Source: a virus (Duplodnaviria > Caudoviricetes). From it: 55,182 nucleotides of DNA. The stretch is taken from positions 1 to 55,182 of the IMG/VR virus record IMGVR_UViG_3300027972_000014. One strand, given 5' to 3'. The notes below the pieces were generated by a model. It was given only the letters and a program-made list of their open reading frames with translations. It ran no database searches and was not told the origin of the DNA. A program made the position numbers and the translations under genes. Positions 38,161 to 46,216 of the stretch are shown here, in pieces (position 1 is the first letter of the stretch; each line of letters opens with the position of its first letter).

Positions 38161-39328
38161 GGAAACGTTGCAAGCACACGCTAACGTAGGGTGGATGTAT
38201 TTCTATGCCGCGACAACGGCGGTTAAGGTTGTGGCAAGCGATAAGGGTTGTGCCACTGCCTAGAAATGGGTCAAAAATAACATTATTTTTAACCAAATTT
38301 ATTGCATCCTCAATAATACCTATAGGCTTTTGCGTTGGGTGTGGTTGTCTTTTTTCGCCAGCCTCTTTTATGTATCCGGCCCAAACGTGCCTACTTAATC
38401 TGTAACCGTTAAAGGAATTTGAAGCAGCAACCTCTACAGGGTTTCCTAGTCCATTCTCTCCACCGTCACCGCGTTTATCCCAAACTAATAAGCCGGTATA
38501 TTTTTCATCTCTAGCGATATACGGAAAACCAAACACAATCCACTCGTTATATTCATACACCCAAGATAAATCTAAATCCCCGCTATCGTTAGCAAGTTTA
38601 TCATCACTCAAGCAAGCTGGCTTTCCACGTTGCACATTCAACGTGGAAAGCCAGCTTGTGTCAACGTCAATTCCATAAGGCGGGTCTGTAACTATCGCCG
38701 CCTTCTCCCCCGCCATCACCCTTTCAACCGTTGCCCTATCCGTGCAATCGCCGCAGATAATCCGGTGCTCGCCACAGCCCCATAAGTCACCTAAATGCAC
38801 TTTCCAAACCTCTTGCAATTCCTCAGCGCGTGATATTTGCGGCTCTGTATCCTTGCCCGCGTCTCCCCCCTCCGCCGCCAGCATATCCCCCAGGGCGAAG
38901 GTGTCCTGCTGCCATTCTTTGAGCAAATCCTCATCGAAGCCAAAGCCGGTTAATGTGTCGGCGTCCAGCCCCCAATTCGCCAACTCGCTAAAGTCCCACG
39001 AACCGCCGTCAAGGTTCGCCTTGATATTAGCTGCAAGGCATTGCTCCGGCGTCCAGCGCACCGCCCGGTAACTGAATTGCTCCCCACGCCATTCTATGTA
39101 GCCCCGCGCAACCGTGCCGGTTCGCGTTGGTGTGTCAAACTGTTCGGTAATAACGGGTTGAATTTTGTCCAAGTCTAGCACCCGACAGCGTTGGTTGCCG
39201 CTTATCACCTGGTCGCTATTCAGGTCGTGGACAATGCCGCCCAGGTCGCCAAAATATTCCAGGTCGGTTGACAACTGCTCGAATTGTTTCTTGGATATTT
39301 TGCGCGGGTTATGGTCAAAAAACTTCAT
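38111..39328 (-). CDS. ParB-like domain plus N6A/N4C DNA methyltransferase
   Basis: HNPRKI...VISGNQR; TDPPYG; HPTQKP; DPFLGSGTT. Confidence 0.9.
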   Translation of the reverse strand: MKFFDHNPRKISKKQFEQLSTDLEYFGDLGGIVHDLNSDQVISGNQRCRVLDLDKIQPVITEQFDTPTRTGTVARGYIEWRGEQFSYRAVRWTPEQCLAANIKANLDGGSWDFSELANWGLDADTLTGFGFDEDLLKEWQQDTFALGDMLAAEGGDAGKDTEPQISRAEELQEVWKVHLGDLWGCGEHRIICGDCTDRATVERVMAGEKAAIVTDPPYGIDVDTSWLSTLNVQRGKPACLSDDKLANDSGDLDLSWVYEYNEWIVFGFPYIARDEKYTGLLVWDKRGDGGENGLGNPVEVAASNSFNGYRLSRHVWAGYIKEAGEKRQPHPTQKPIGIIEDAINLVKNNVIFDPFLGSGTTLIACHNLNRRCRGIEIHPPYVSVCLQRFLDHTQIQPVLLERPNA

Positions 39329-39540
39329 TTTGTTTCCTTGCACGTTTTAACTTTGGTATCCTTTAGCGGTAAACAGGAAATATCCTCCGTAGCCGAAATG
39401 AAACATAGCACGCCAATCTTATCGTTGCACCACACGTCAAGTTCTGCTTTTGGAGCAGGCGCAGCGCCAACGTTGTAAGCCATAACCAATATCAGGATAA
39501 AAAAGATTACAGCGGGTAAAGCAGGTAAAATGTATCTCAT
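39325..39540 (-). CDS. Small membrane/secreted protein
   Basis: N-terminal hydrophobic helix. Confidence 0.5.
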   Translation of the reverse strand: MRYILPALPAVIFFILILVMAYNVGAAPAPKAELDVWCNDKIGVLCFISATEDISCLPLKDTKVKTCKETK

Positions 39541-39553
39541 CTCTACGCCATTC

Positions 39554-39677
39554 TAGCGCCCGGCCCTGGTCGCTCGGCGTTCCGATGCCGCCGCCTTTTC
39601 CAATTGGCAGGCCAACGCCATAGCCCCGGATAATTACGCCACTTTCGACGCGCCGCCCCGGTGTTGCCGGGCGCTAA
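39554..39677 (-). ncRNA. Candidate structured ncRNA or leader
   Basis: 11-bp closing stem tagcgcccggc/gccgggcgcta; internal GAAA-loop hairpin; TGGTATAAT just upstream. Confidence 0.4.
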
Positions 39678-39690
39678 TAACATTATACCA

Positions 39691-40287
39691 TTAAACGGTA
39701 TTATTTCGCACACCAATTTCATTTGTACCGGCTAATTTCGCGCCCCTGTAATAGTACGCCAGAATCGCCTGCCAGTCGCAGCTATTGCCAACGCAGTCAG
39801 GCGTAGCCATTGCCTTCGCTCCGTATTGGCATAGCCCGACGCCGTGTCCATTGCGCCGCTTACCGCAGGGACAATCCACACTAATCAGGTAAGGCACTTC
39901 GTTGCGCCACACTTCCAGGGCTGATGCTGTATAACCGCCACAAGAGGAGTGATAAACGGCGTCAATAACCTGGTCGTTGTAAGTCAAGATGATACCGGCT
40001 GTTTCCGTAACCGCCCGGCTAATGGCGTCTATGGAGTGCTGTTCTTTCGGTGGACGTTCCAAGTAATTTTGGCAATGAGAACGGGTGCACACGTCCGCGC
40101 CTTCCAGCTTGTGCTTCCCGCCGCGCATAATCTTTTGAACGGCATAAGTTCTCGCCGCCACCGCCTGCGCTTTGAGCGCGTCAACAGGCCACGATGCGGG
40201 CATTTCAGCAGGCACCACACGGAGCAGGTAATCCTCCAATTCCATTATCTTGACTTTTCCTGATGGAAGCAATATGCGAATTTTCAT
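39691..40287 (-). CDS. SpoIID/LytB-domain peptidoglycan lytic enzyme (endolysin candidate)
   Basis: LEDYLLRVVPAEMPASWPVDALKAQAVAARTYA; YHSSCGG; GHGVGLCQYGA. Confidence 0.9.
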   Translation of the reverse strand: MKIRILLPSGKVKIMELEDYLLRVVPAEMPASWPVDALKAQAVAARTYAVQKIMRGGKHKLEGADVCTRSHCQNYLERPPKEQHSIDAISRAVTETAGIILTYNDQVIDAVYHSSCGGYTASALEVWRNEVPYLISVDCPCGKRRNGHGVGLCQYGAKAMATPDCVGNSCDWQAILAYYYRGAKLAGTNEIGVRNNTV

Positions 40288-40490
40288 TGTGTCCCTTCCT
40301 GTGGCGGCTTATTGCCAGCCGCTATATCCCGCGCCGTAAATGCGATGTCGCACATTATCCGCCCCACGTCGCCGGTCAGTTCTATAAGTTGGTCATCAGT
40401 TAAGGTGCACAAAAACGCGGGCCGGTCGGAAGCGGCCAGATATTGTTGCAATAGCGTGATAACGAGCGGAGGTGGATGTTTTTCGTTCAT
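40284..40490 (-). CDS. Small hypothetical protein (paralog of 37924-38160)
   Basis: LLQQYLAASDRPAFLCTLTDDQ. Confidence 0.55.
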   Translation of the reverse strand: MNEKHPPPLVITLLQQYLAASDRPAFLCTLTDDQLIELTGDVGRIMCDIAFTARDIAAGNKPPQEGTQ

Positions 40491-41575
40491 TCTATTATAT
40501 CACCGGCTGATTCTAGTTTTTTGTCAATATCTCGTAAGTCAGTAATATGATTTTTTACTCGCTCAGATAAAACCAGGAGACTATCAGCCAAATCCATAGC
40601 AATAACTGCGTTTTCATCTAATTTTTGAACAGTTTCTTTCATTTCAACGATGATTGATTTTTCGTCAATCGCGTTCATCATTTCGTCAGTTACGCGATTG
40701 TCAAAGATACCAACACGCTCGAAATCAAGACATAGATTGTACTGGTCAACAAAGTTTTGTACTGTCCTTAATGGTTCCCCCCCTATAGTGGTTTCCATAG
40801 CAGCGATGCACGGTATAATGTATGGTCGGTATTTTATATCCCACGAATTAATAGCCCACTCGAAGGTTTTTTTTATATCTTTTCCGAACGTGTGAGCGGA
40901 ATCATAATATGCAGATGTAATAACAAAATCAATAGTATGACTATCCAGTAATTTATCCCAACATTGACATAAATAATATCCGTAATAATCCAACATCGCG
41001 TGAATACCAAATTTGTAATTTCCCGCACAGGCTTCTTTGCCCGCCTGCGCCGCATTTGCCAGATATTCCGGCGCATCATTCCCATACAAATCACGCGCCT
41101 CAAGCCCACTGCCGGGAGGAACTCCGTAGATAAAATTATCCAAAGTCACTCCCGCCAATGTTGGATAATTTTTAAGTATTTCCTTGATAAAATCATTGAT
41201 AAATGGAGCAACGGTAGGAACGCGCCAATCTAAAAAATGGAAGTCGGTGAATTTGTCGCCCAATGTCGCCGTATCCCAATTTGGAAAATCCTTCTCTATT
41301 TGATAACCAGACCAATAGCGTGGAATTTTGCCCGCATTCCACCAGGCATATACTCTAATATTTCTACGTATAGCCGTATCAAGCAAGGCGGCGAGGGTAT
41401 CGAATGAACTTAAAGATGCGGGCTCACCAATTAGCGTATTGTGGCAATATACCGGGCAACAGCCAATATATAAAATAATCTCATCTATGTTGTGCATCAC
41501 ACAACGAGATATTAAATTATCAATTTTTGTTTGGCTATTTGCATCAATAATGTGTATTTTAAGTGTTTTTTTCAT
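40487..41575 (-). CDS. Glycoside hydrolase-like TIM barrel (GHL10-like)
   Basis: FDTLAALLDTA...IRVYAWW; FLD...EILKNYP.LAGVTLD; QCWDKLL...IDFV. Confidence 0.65.
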   Translation of the reverse strand: MKKTLKIHIIDANSQTKIDNLISRCVMHNIDEIILYIGCCPVYCHNTLIGEPASLSSFDTLAALLDTAIRRNIRVYAWWNAGKIPRYWSGYQIEKDFPNWDTATLGDKFTDFHFLDWRVPTVAPFINDFIKEILKNYPTLAGVTLDNFIYGVPPGSGLEARDLYGNDAPEYLANAAQAGKEACAGNYKFGIHAMLDYYGYYLCQCWDKLLDSHTIDFVITSAYYDSAHTFGKDIKKTFEWAINSWDIKYRPYIIPCIAAMETTIGGEPLRTVQNFVDQYNLCLDFERVGIFDNRVTDEMMNAIDEKSIIVEMKETVQKLDENAVIAMDLADSLLVLSERVKNHITDLRDIDKKLESAGDIIE

Positions 41576-42339
41576 TGCAATACCTCAATTTTAAACATAC
41601 CCGGCGCTATGGCGTCCAGGCGTTGCAACATTAGCTCTGCCGCCTCACGCGCCATTGGCTTTGACGCTAACCGCGTCATAATCTCAATCGGTAAGCCGGT
41701 TGTCTCAAAAGATAACTTTATAAACCGCTTGTCGCCATATACGGGTACGACGAATTGATACTCGCCAACTCTGACACGATACTCACCATCGCCCCGCGTG
41801 TAACCCACTTCGCAGCTATTTGGGCCAAACTCCGTACCCTTCGCGCCGGTTACGGTACGATTTATGATACTGCTATCTGGAGCTACAAGCTCAACCTGGA
41901 CGCCCGCTTCAAACCAACTCATAACGATATATGGCAAACCGTTTTTGCGCTCAATATTCATTTTTATGGTCATTTCTTGCTCCTCTGGTGGGTCAACTGG
42001 GGGGATAACAACAGGCGGTGGGTCTATGGGCGGTAGGTCTATGGGCGGTATAATGGGCGGTGGGTCTACCGGAGGAGGTTGGGGTGTTCTAAACCACGTT
42101 AGCCGCTCCGGTTGCAATCCTGGTTCAGGGCCAGGGTATTTACTCCCCATCGGTTGCAAATCCGAAACCAATTCACGGTTGATACTCCATTTGTCTTTTT
42201 CGTGATACCGCACCAAAATATCAGGTTCTCTACCGTTGACAATAACAGTATTCTTGAAAAAACCCAGGACGTAGCATTTCCAAAATTGGTGTTGCCCGCT
42301 TATTTTCTTGCAAATATCATAGACCGAAAGTTGAGACAT
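41572..42339 (-). CDS. Hypothetical protein with proline-rich linker
   Basis: PPPVDPPPIIPPIDLPPIDPPP. Confidence 0.6.
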   Translation of the reverse strand: MSQLSVYDICKKISGQHQFWKCYVLGFFKNTVIVNGREPDILVRYHEKDKWSINRELVSDLQPMGSKYPGPEPGLQPERLTWFRTPQPPPVDPPPIIPPIDLPPIDPPPVVIPPVDPPEEQEMTIKMNIERKNGLPYIVMSWFEAGVQVELVAPDSSIINRTVTGAKGTEFGPNSCEVGYTRGDGEYRVRVGEYQFVVPVYGDKRFIKLSFETTGLPIEIMTRLASKPMAREAAELMLQRLDAIAPGMFKIEVLQ

Positions 42340-42376
42340 CTCAATTCACTATTATGGAAATTGGTGGGGTATAACC

Positions 42377-42604
42377 TCATCCTTCAGCTATTTCAGAAAG
42401 CGGAATATAAAATTCCCTGCTATCTAAATAGTAATAAGGAGGAGTATTATCGCCGGTACAATTATCAACCTTTATTATTACTCCATATTTTTCAAGTAAA
42501 GATTTTAGTTCGTCTAAAAATTCCAGTTTTTTTTCATTGCTATCCATTATTATAACACCTTTATGGAAATTGAGGAATAACCTCAATTCTTTGGTGAGCC
42601 TCAC
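42377..42604 (-). CDS. Hypothetical protein
   Basis: ORF; likely start MDSNEKK. Confidence 0.45.
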   Translation of the reverse strand: MRLTKELRLFLNFHKGVIIMDSNEKKLEFLDELKSLLEKYGVIIKVDNCTGDNTPPYYYLDSREFYIPLSEIAEG

Positions 42605-43415
42605 TATGAGGTCGTAAAATTATCTTGATATACCCTACCGGCAATGCCGGATAACCCTTTGTCGTGGCATAGGTGTCATAACCTATACCGTCAAAAAACG
42701 TACCACAAAAAGCGCCCTGCCGAATTTTGCCGCGCATATTGTAGCCGTTGTCAACCTCCTCAACGGTTAGAGCCAATGGAAAAGTGCGATGGTTATGTCC
42801 CAATAGAGCCAGGTCGCAGTCATGGCGCAGCAGCACCCGCTCTAAAACCAACGCCGGGCCACCAGCCAATTGCCCCCCTCCGTGTCCGTGATGAACAAAG
42901 ATTTTTATTTTGGAGACAGCGTTCCTTCTCTCTTTATCCTGATAAAAATTCAGGATTAGCCAACCTGAATAACCAAATTCAAGTTTGTGTTCTGATGGAA
43001 ATTTACCCAATTCTTTGACACCGCAAATTGTTTCCCGATATATATCCCTCTCGAAATATTTACGAATCATAGCCTCGTGATTACCTTCGACTAATCCCAA
43101 ACACTGCCGGGCTATGGGTTTTATCAAGTTGAGGTAATGATTGCTTTGTGCTTTTGCCAGGTCTGACAGGTCATTTATGGTTAGCCAGTCAGCCAGAATT
43201 TCAGGTGAGAAACGGGGGTCGGAACGATTGATAAAGTCGCAACGGTCGCCCAGGTCAAGCCAGTAATTGAGAGGGGATGAAGCTATTTCGGATACCACCC
43301 GCGCCAGTTTGTCTTCCCGGCACGGCTTGATACCACTATGGATGTCAGTCAGGATATAGAGGTAAAACTCATCGGAGCGACTGACGCCGTAAAAATCCTT
43401 GCGGATTGTGTTCAA
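42561..43415 (-). CDS. Calcineurin-like metallophosphoesterase
   Basis: DIH, GD..D, GNHE, HG and GHNH motifs. Confidence 0.88.
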   Translation of the reverse strand: MNTIRKDFYGVSRSDEFYLYILTDIHSGIKPCREDKLARVVSEIASSPLNYWLDLGDRCDFINRSDPRFSPEILADWLTINDLSDLAKAQSNHYLNLIKPIARQCLGLVEGNHEAMIRKYFERDIYRETICGVKELGKFPSEHKLEFGYSGWLILNFYQDKERRNAVSKIKIFVHHGHGGGQLAGGPALVLERVLLRHDCDLALLGHNHRTFPLALTVEEVDNGYNMRGKIRQGAFCGTFFDGIGYDTYATTKGYPALPVGYIKIILRPHSEAHQRIEVIPQFP

Positions 43416-43422
43416 AATTAAC

Positions 43423-43764
43423 CTATAGATATTTAATAATGAGCGAAATAATAACAGCAGATATTATTATCCAGATTTTATCAGATAATAAAAAAGCAAC
43501 CCGTTTTTGTCCTTGTTCTATTTTTCTTTCGGCCTCAATTATACTGACACGCTTTTCTATTTCGTCTATACGTTTTATCAAATCGGTCTTGATAGACGCC
43601 AGGTCGTTACATAAATCGTCAAATTTATCACGCCTGATAATGTCCTTTGCCAATTGAGTGAGACCGTCGGCTACATCCTGTAACTTTTTCTCATGTGCTT
43701 TAAGGCGCTCGTCGAAATAATCCCGTATCGGTACCGTTATATCAGACTGTTTAACAGGAGGCAT
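43423..43764 (-). CDS. Coiled-coil protein with C-terminal TM (lysis-associated candidate)
   Basis: Coiled coil plus a single TM, next to the holin-like gene. Confidence 0.5.
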   Translation of the reverse strand: MPPVKQSDITVPIRDYFDERLKAHEKKLQDVADGLTQLAKDIIRRDKFDDLCNDLASIKTDLIKRIDEIEKRVSIIEAERKIEQGQKRVAFLLSDKIWIIISAVIISLIIKYL

Positions 43765-43797
43765 GTTTTCCTTAACAATTCTAACTTTTATCAGATA

Positions 43798-43830
43798 GCA
43801 TAAAGCCGGGCATTTAACCCGGCTTTATGC
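43798..43830. terminator. Stem-loop
   Basis: gcataaagccggg-catttaa-cccggctttatgc. Confidence 0.55.
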
Positions 43831-43843
43831 GCTTGCTGTAAAT

Positions 43844-44161
43844 CTATAACTTTTTTGTGGCTGACACTTTCTTTAGCCACTTGTCGGCGTAGTGGGCTAT
43901 TTGGCTGACAAGCCAGGCCACGACGGGCACAAACAGGTAAAATAGCGACGTGACTACTTGCTGCGCGTCTCCAAATTCCGGCTTCCACCAGCCACCGACC
44001 CAGGTCAGGACTGCCGGTAGCCCCCAGGCAAATGTAGCATTAATAACCTGCTTCAACCCGGCGCTTCCGATGTCGGCAAATTTACCGATACGCTCCTCAA
44101 TGAACGAGACGGCCATACCCCATATTGCCAATATCAAAACCTGCATTGCTGTTAATTCCAT
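43844..44161 (-). CDS. Holin-like membrane protein
   Basis: Three hydrophobic segments and a basic C-terminus; strong RBS. Confidence 0.55.
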   Translation of the reverse strand: MELTAMQVLILAIWGMAVSFIEERIGKFADIGSAGLKQVINATFAWGLPAVLTWVGGWWKPEFGDAQQVVTSLFYLFVPVVAWLVSQIAHYADKWLKKVSATKKL

Positions 44162-44264
44162 AGTTTTTTCTCCTTAAAATAAAATGCCGCAAGCGACACT
44201 TGCGGCTATACAGTATCGTTTGATACTGTTATTTTACACTATTTTACTTTTTTTTGCAATGAGT

Positions 44265-44296
44265 GTTCGCCCGTCCGCTGCAAATGCTTGTTAGCT
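44265..44296 (-). mobile_element. attC left half-site (truncated)
   Basis: Minus strand agctaac-aagcatttgcagcggacgggcg; no right arm. Confidence 0.6.
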
Positions 44297-44303
44297 GGCG
44301 TTT

Positions 44304-44504
44304 TTAGTATCGCTTGACCCAACTCGTCATTTTAGCTAACCGAGACGCCTGTTCAGCGCCCGCTCCATTGGCTTGTTGGGCGGATACTTCGACTATCCAT
44401 ATTGCCGATGCCCTGCCGTAAGACTTAAATTCATATTTTCTACCACATTTACATTTATTCTTTATCGCACCAGACCCACATCGGCAGTACAACCATTCCA
44501 TCAT
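44304..44504 (-). CDS. Small Cys-rich cassette ORF
   Basis: CRCG...CKCG; reads through an attC-like site. Confidence 0.45.
   Translation of the reverse strand: MMEWLYCRCGSGAIKNKCKCGRKYEFKSYGRASAIWIVEVSAQQANGAGAEQASRLAKMTSWVKRY
44334..44381 (-). mobile_element. Degenerate attC site
   Basis: gcccaac-aagccaatggagcgggcg...gttagct. Confidence 0.55.
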
Positions 44505-44523
44505 ATTTTTATCCTGATGTTTC

Positions 44524-44551
44524 GTCCAACTACAATAATAACTTGTTAGCT
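44524..44551 (-). mobile_element. Internally deleted attC-like site
   Basis: agctaac-aagttattattgta-gttggac; upstream gene stop lies in the R'' box. Confidence 0.45.
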
Positions 44552-44947
44552 GGACGTAAAATCTACCTCGTGCCAGTCCGCATAATAACCAAAATCACAA
44601 AATTGGATAGGATTTTTACAATCTTTGATGCCAGTCAATACTCCGTACCACAGACGACGGGCCACTTCATCGCCAACCTCATCATCAATAGTGATTGGCT
44701 GTTGCGTGTAAGCCGCGCCAGAGTCGGCTTCCGTCATTGCGTCTTGCAAGTCGCCGGAAAATTCTCTGTTTCCTGCTCCGGTGTGGTAATTAATGGTATA
44801 TGTTTTTTTACTCATCTTAATCTCCTTAGTATGTAGATGCTCCGCCATAGCGATTATCGCCTTAGCCTGCGATCCGTAAGTTTTAGCCAATTCGTTTATT
44901 TGTTTGATTGTTGGTTTCGGTAATCTGACGTTTAGTTGGATAGTCAT
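44546..44947 (-). CDS. RHH-like domain in frame with a second small protein (internal RBS and ATG at 44815)
   Basis: MTIQLNVRLPKPTIKQINELA; AAGGAG before MSKKTYTINYHTGAG. Confidence 0.6.
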   Translation of the reverse strand: MTIQLNVRLPKPTIKQINELAKTYGSQAKAIIAMAEHLHTKEIKMSKKTYTINYHTGAGNREFSGDLQDAMTEADSGAAYTQQPITIDDEVGDEVARRLWYGVLTGIKDCKNPIQFCDFGYYADWHEVDFTSS

Positions 44948-44992
44948 CTTTATGCGCTTTGCCGGGCTTGGCCCCCCGGCTGGGCTAAAAGT

Positions 44993-45268
44993 TCAATCTT
45001 GGAAATCTGGATGATGAGAGTCCAAAAAGTCGCGTGCGTCAAATTCCTCTCCATATCCCTCGGTCTGCAACATCATCATCGCTCGTTGTCGCTCTTTTTC
45101 TTCCCGGTTAATTTGCGATTCTGAGATTAGCCAGCCGCTTCCATCCTCAACCATTCCGCTAATTGGCTTTCCGTCTGAACTCATTCTTGCACCACAAGCG
45201 CATATACTTAATTTGATGTCACCAAACGGTAAGGTTCTTGTTTCTTTTGCTTTGTGTATGTGTTTCAT
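44993..45268 (-). CDS. Hypothetical protein
   Basis: RBS AAGGAG, first gene after a consensus promoter. Confidence 0.6.
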   Translation of the reverse strand: MKHIHKAKETRTLPFGDIKLSICACGARMSSDGKPISGMVEDGSGWLISESQINREEKERQRAMMMLQTEGYGEEFDARDFLDSHHPDFQD

Positions 45269-45314
45269 TTTTTAGCTCCTTTATTGCGTGCAATTGATTG
45301 ACTTGATTGTATAT

Positions 45315-45343
45315 AGTATAGCATATATGCTATACAATGTCAA
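45315..45343 (-). promoter_or_regulatory. Promoter with overlapping perfect 20-bp palindromic operator
   Basis: TTGACA-17bp-TATACT; gtatagcatatatgctatac at 45316-45335. Confidence 0.75.
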
Positions 45344-45402
45344 GGGTTTTTGCAATGAGTTTTTGTACCAATTTTGGTACACTCAGGAGCTACAATCAGT
45401 TC

Positions 45403-45526
45403 AGCTAACGGACGGCGCATCACCGGCTGCCGGTGTGGGCGATGCGACCCCCGCGATAATGTGATTTTGTTAGCGCACACTGCCCGATAACGCGCTATAG
45501 GCAGTCCGGTGATGCGCTTGTTAGGT
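45403..45526 (-). mobile_element. Integron attC site
   Basis: R'' acctaac; gcgcatcaccgg(a)ctgcc pairs with ggcagccggtgatgcgc, leaving one extrahelical base; R' gttagct. Confidence 0.8.
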
Positions 45527-45536
45527 TTACGTAAAA

Positions 45537-46214
45537 TCAAGGCTGCATAATAGTATACCCGTATTTATCACCAATCTCACAGCACGCCACCCGTCCGTTA
45601 TTGTTCCAATACGGAGGCCGAAGACGTACTTCGCGCAAGCCGTTTTTGTCGGGTAAATAGCGCATTGCAAGACCGTCTCGTACCAGTGAGTAGTCATTAT
45701 CAATTATTTCAACGGCAATCTCCTCAATACGCCCCATCCCCCGTCGCCGCTTGGTCGCCAAATATCGCACATTACGCTGTAGTAGGTCATTGATACGCTT
45801 GCGATTACCAACACAGTAGCCAACCATTCGCACCGGCATCTGTTTATTATAAGGGATGTCCCAACTACGAGTTGGACCGGTTTTGGTGTTAATCGTGCCG
45901 ACGGTCAGGTATAAAAACGACTCCCGGAATCGCTTACGAAAATGGACAATAGATTCCTCGATCTCGCCGTCATCCGATTCTGGGTGCAAGGCCGACGCGC
46001 ACCAGCCCCAATAATCGCCAATATGCCACGTGCCAAGCGGTAGGCGAATTTCCTCTGGCTCACCATCGCGGGTAGGCGCGATTTCACTTTGACGCACCAT
46101 TGGGCTTAAAGCCCAGTCAATGATACCGTCAAGTGTGGGCGGCACAAATGGGTCATAAATTATCCCAAACGGGTCTATCCAAAAAGTTACCTTTAACGGA
46201 GTTATAGCGCTCAT
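45537..46214 (-). CDS. csf3: Type IV CRISPR-associated Cas5-like protein
   Basis: PLKVTF...LDGII.WA; LPL...WCASA; FRKR; TGP.RSW; YCVGN...I.DLL; KRRRGMGRI G-rich loop; RPPYW. Confidence 0.8.
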   Translation of the reverse strand: MSAITPLKVTFWIDPFGIIYDPFVPPTLDGIIDWALSPMVRQSEIAPTRDGEPEEIRLPLGTWHIGDYWGWCASALHPESDDGEIEESIVHFRKRFRESFLYLTVGTINTKTGPTRSWDIPYNKQMPVRMVGYCVGNRKRINDLLQRNVRYLATKRRRGMGRIEEIAVEIIDNDYSLVRDGLAMRYLPDKNGLREVRLRPPYWNNNGRVACCEIGDKYGYTIMQP

Positions 46215-46216
46215 AA

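Noticed and set aside
39554-39677. tRNA gene
   Set aside because: No T-loop or anticodon-arm cloverleaf recognisable; kept only as a candidate ncRNA
45340-45540. 66-aa ORF after csf3
   Set aside because: Coincides with the attC hairpin and a promoter; probably non-coding
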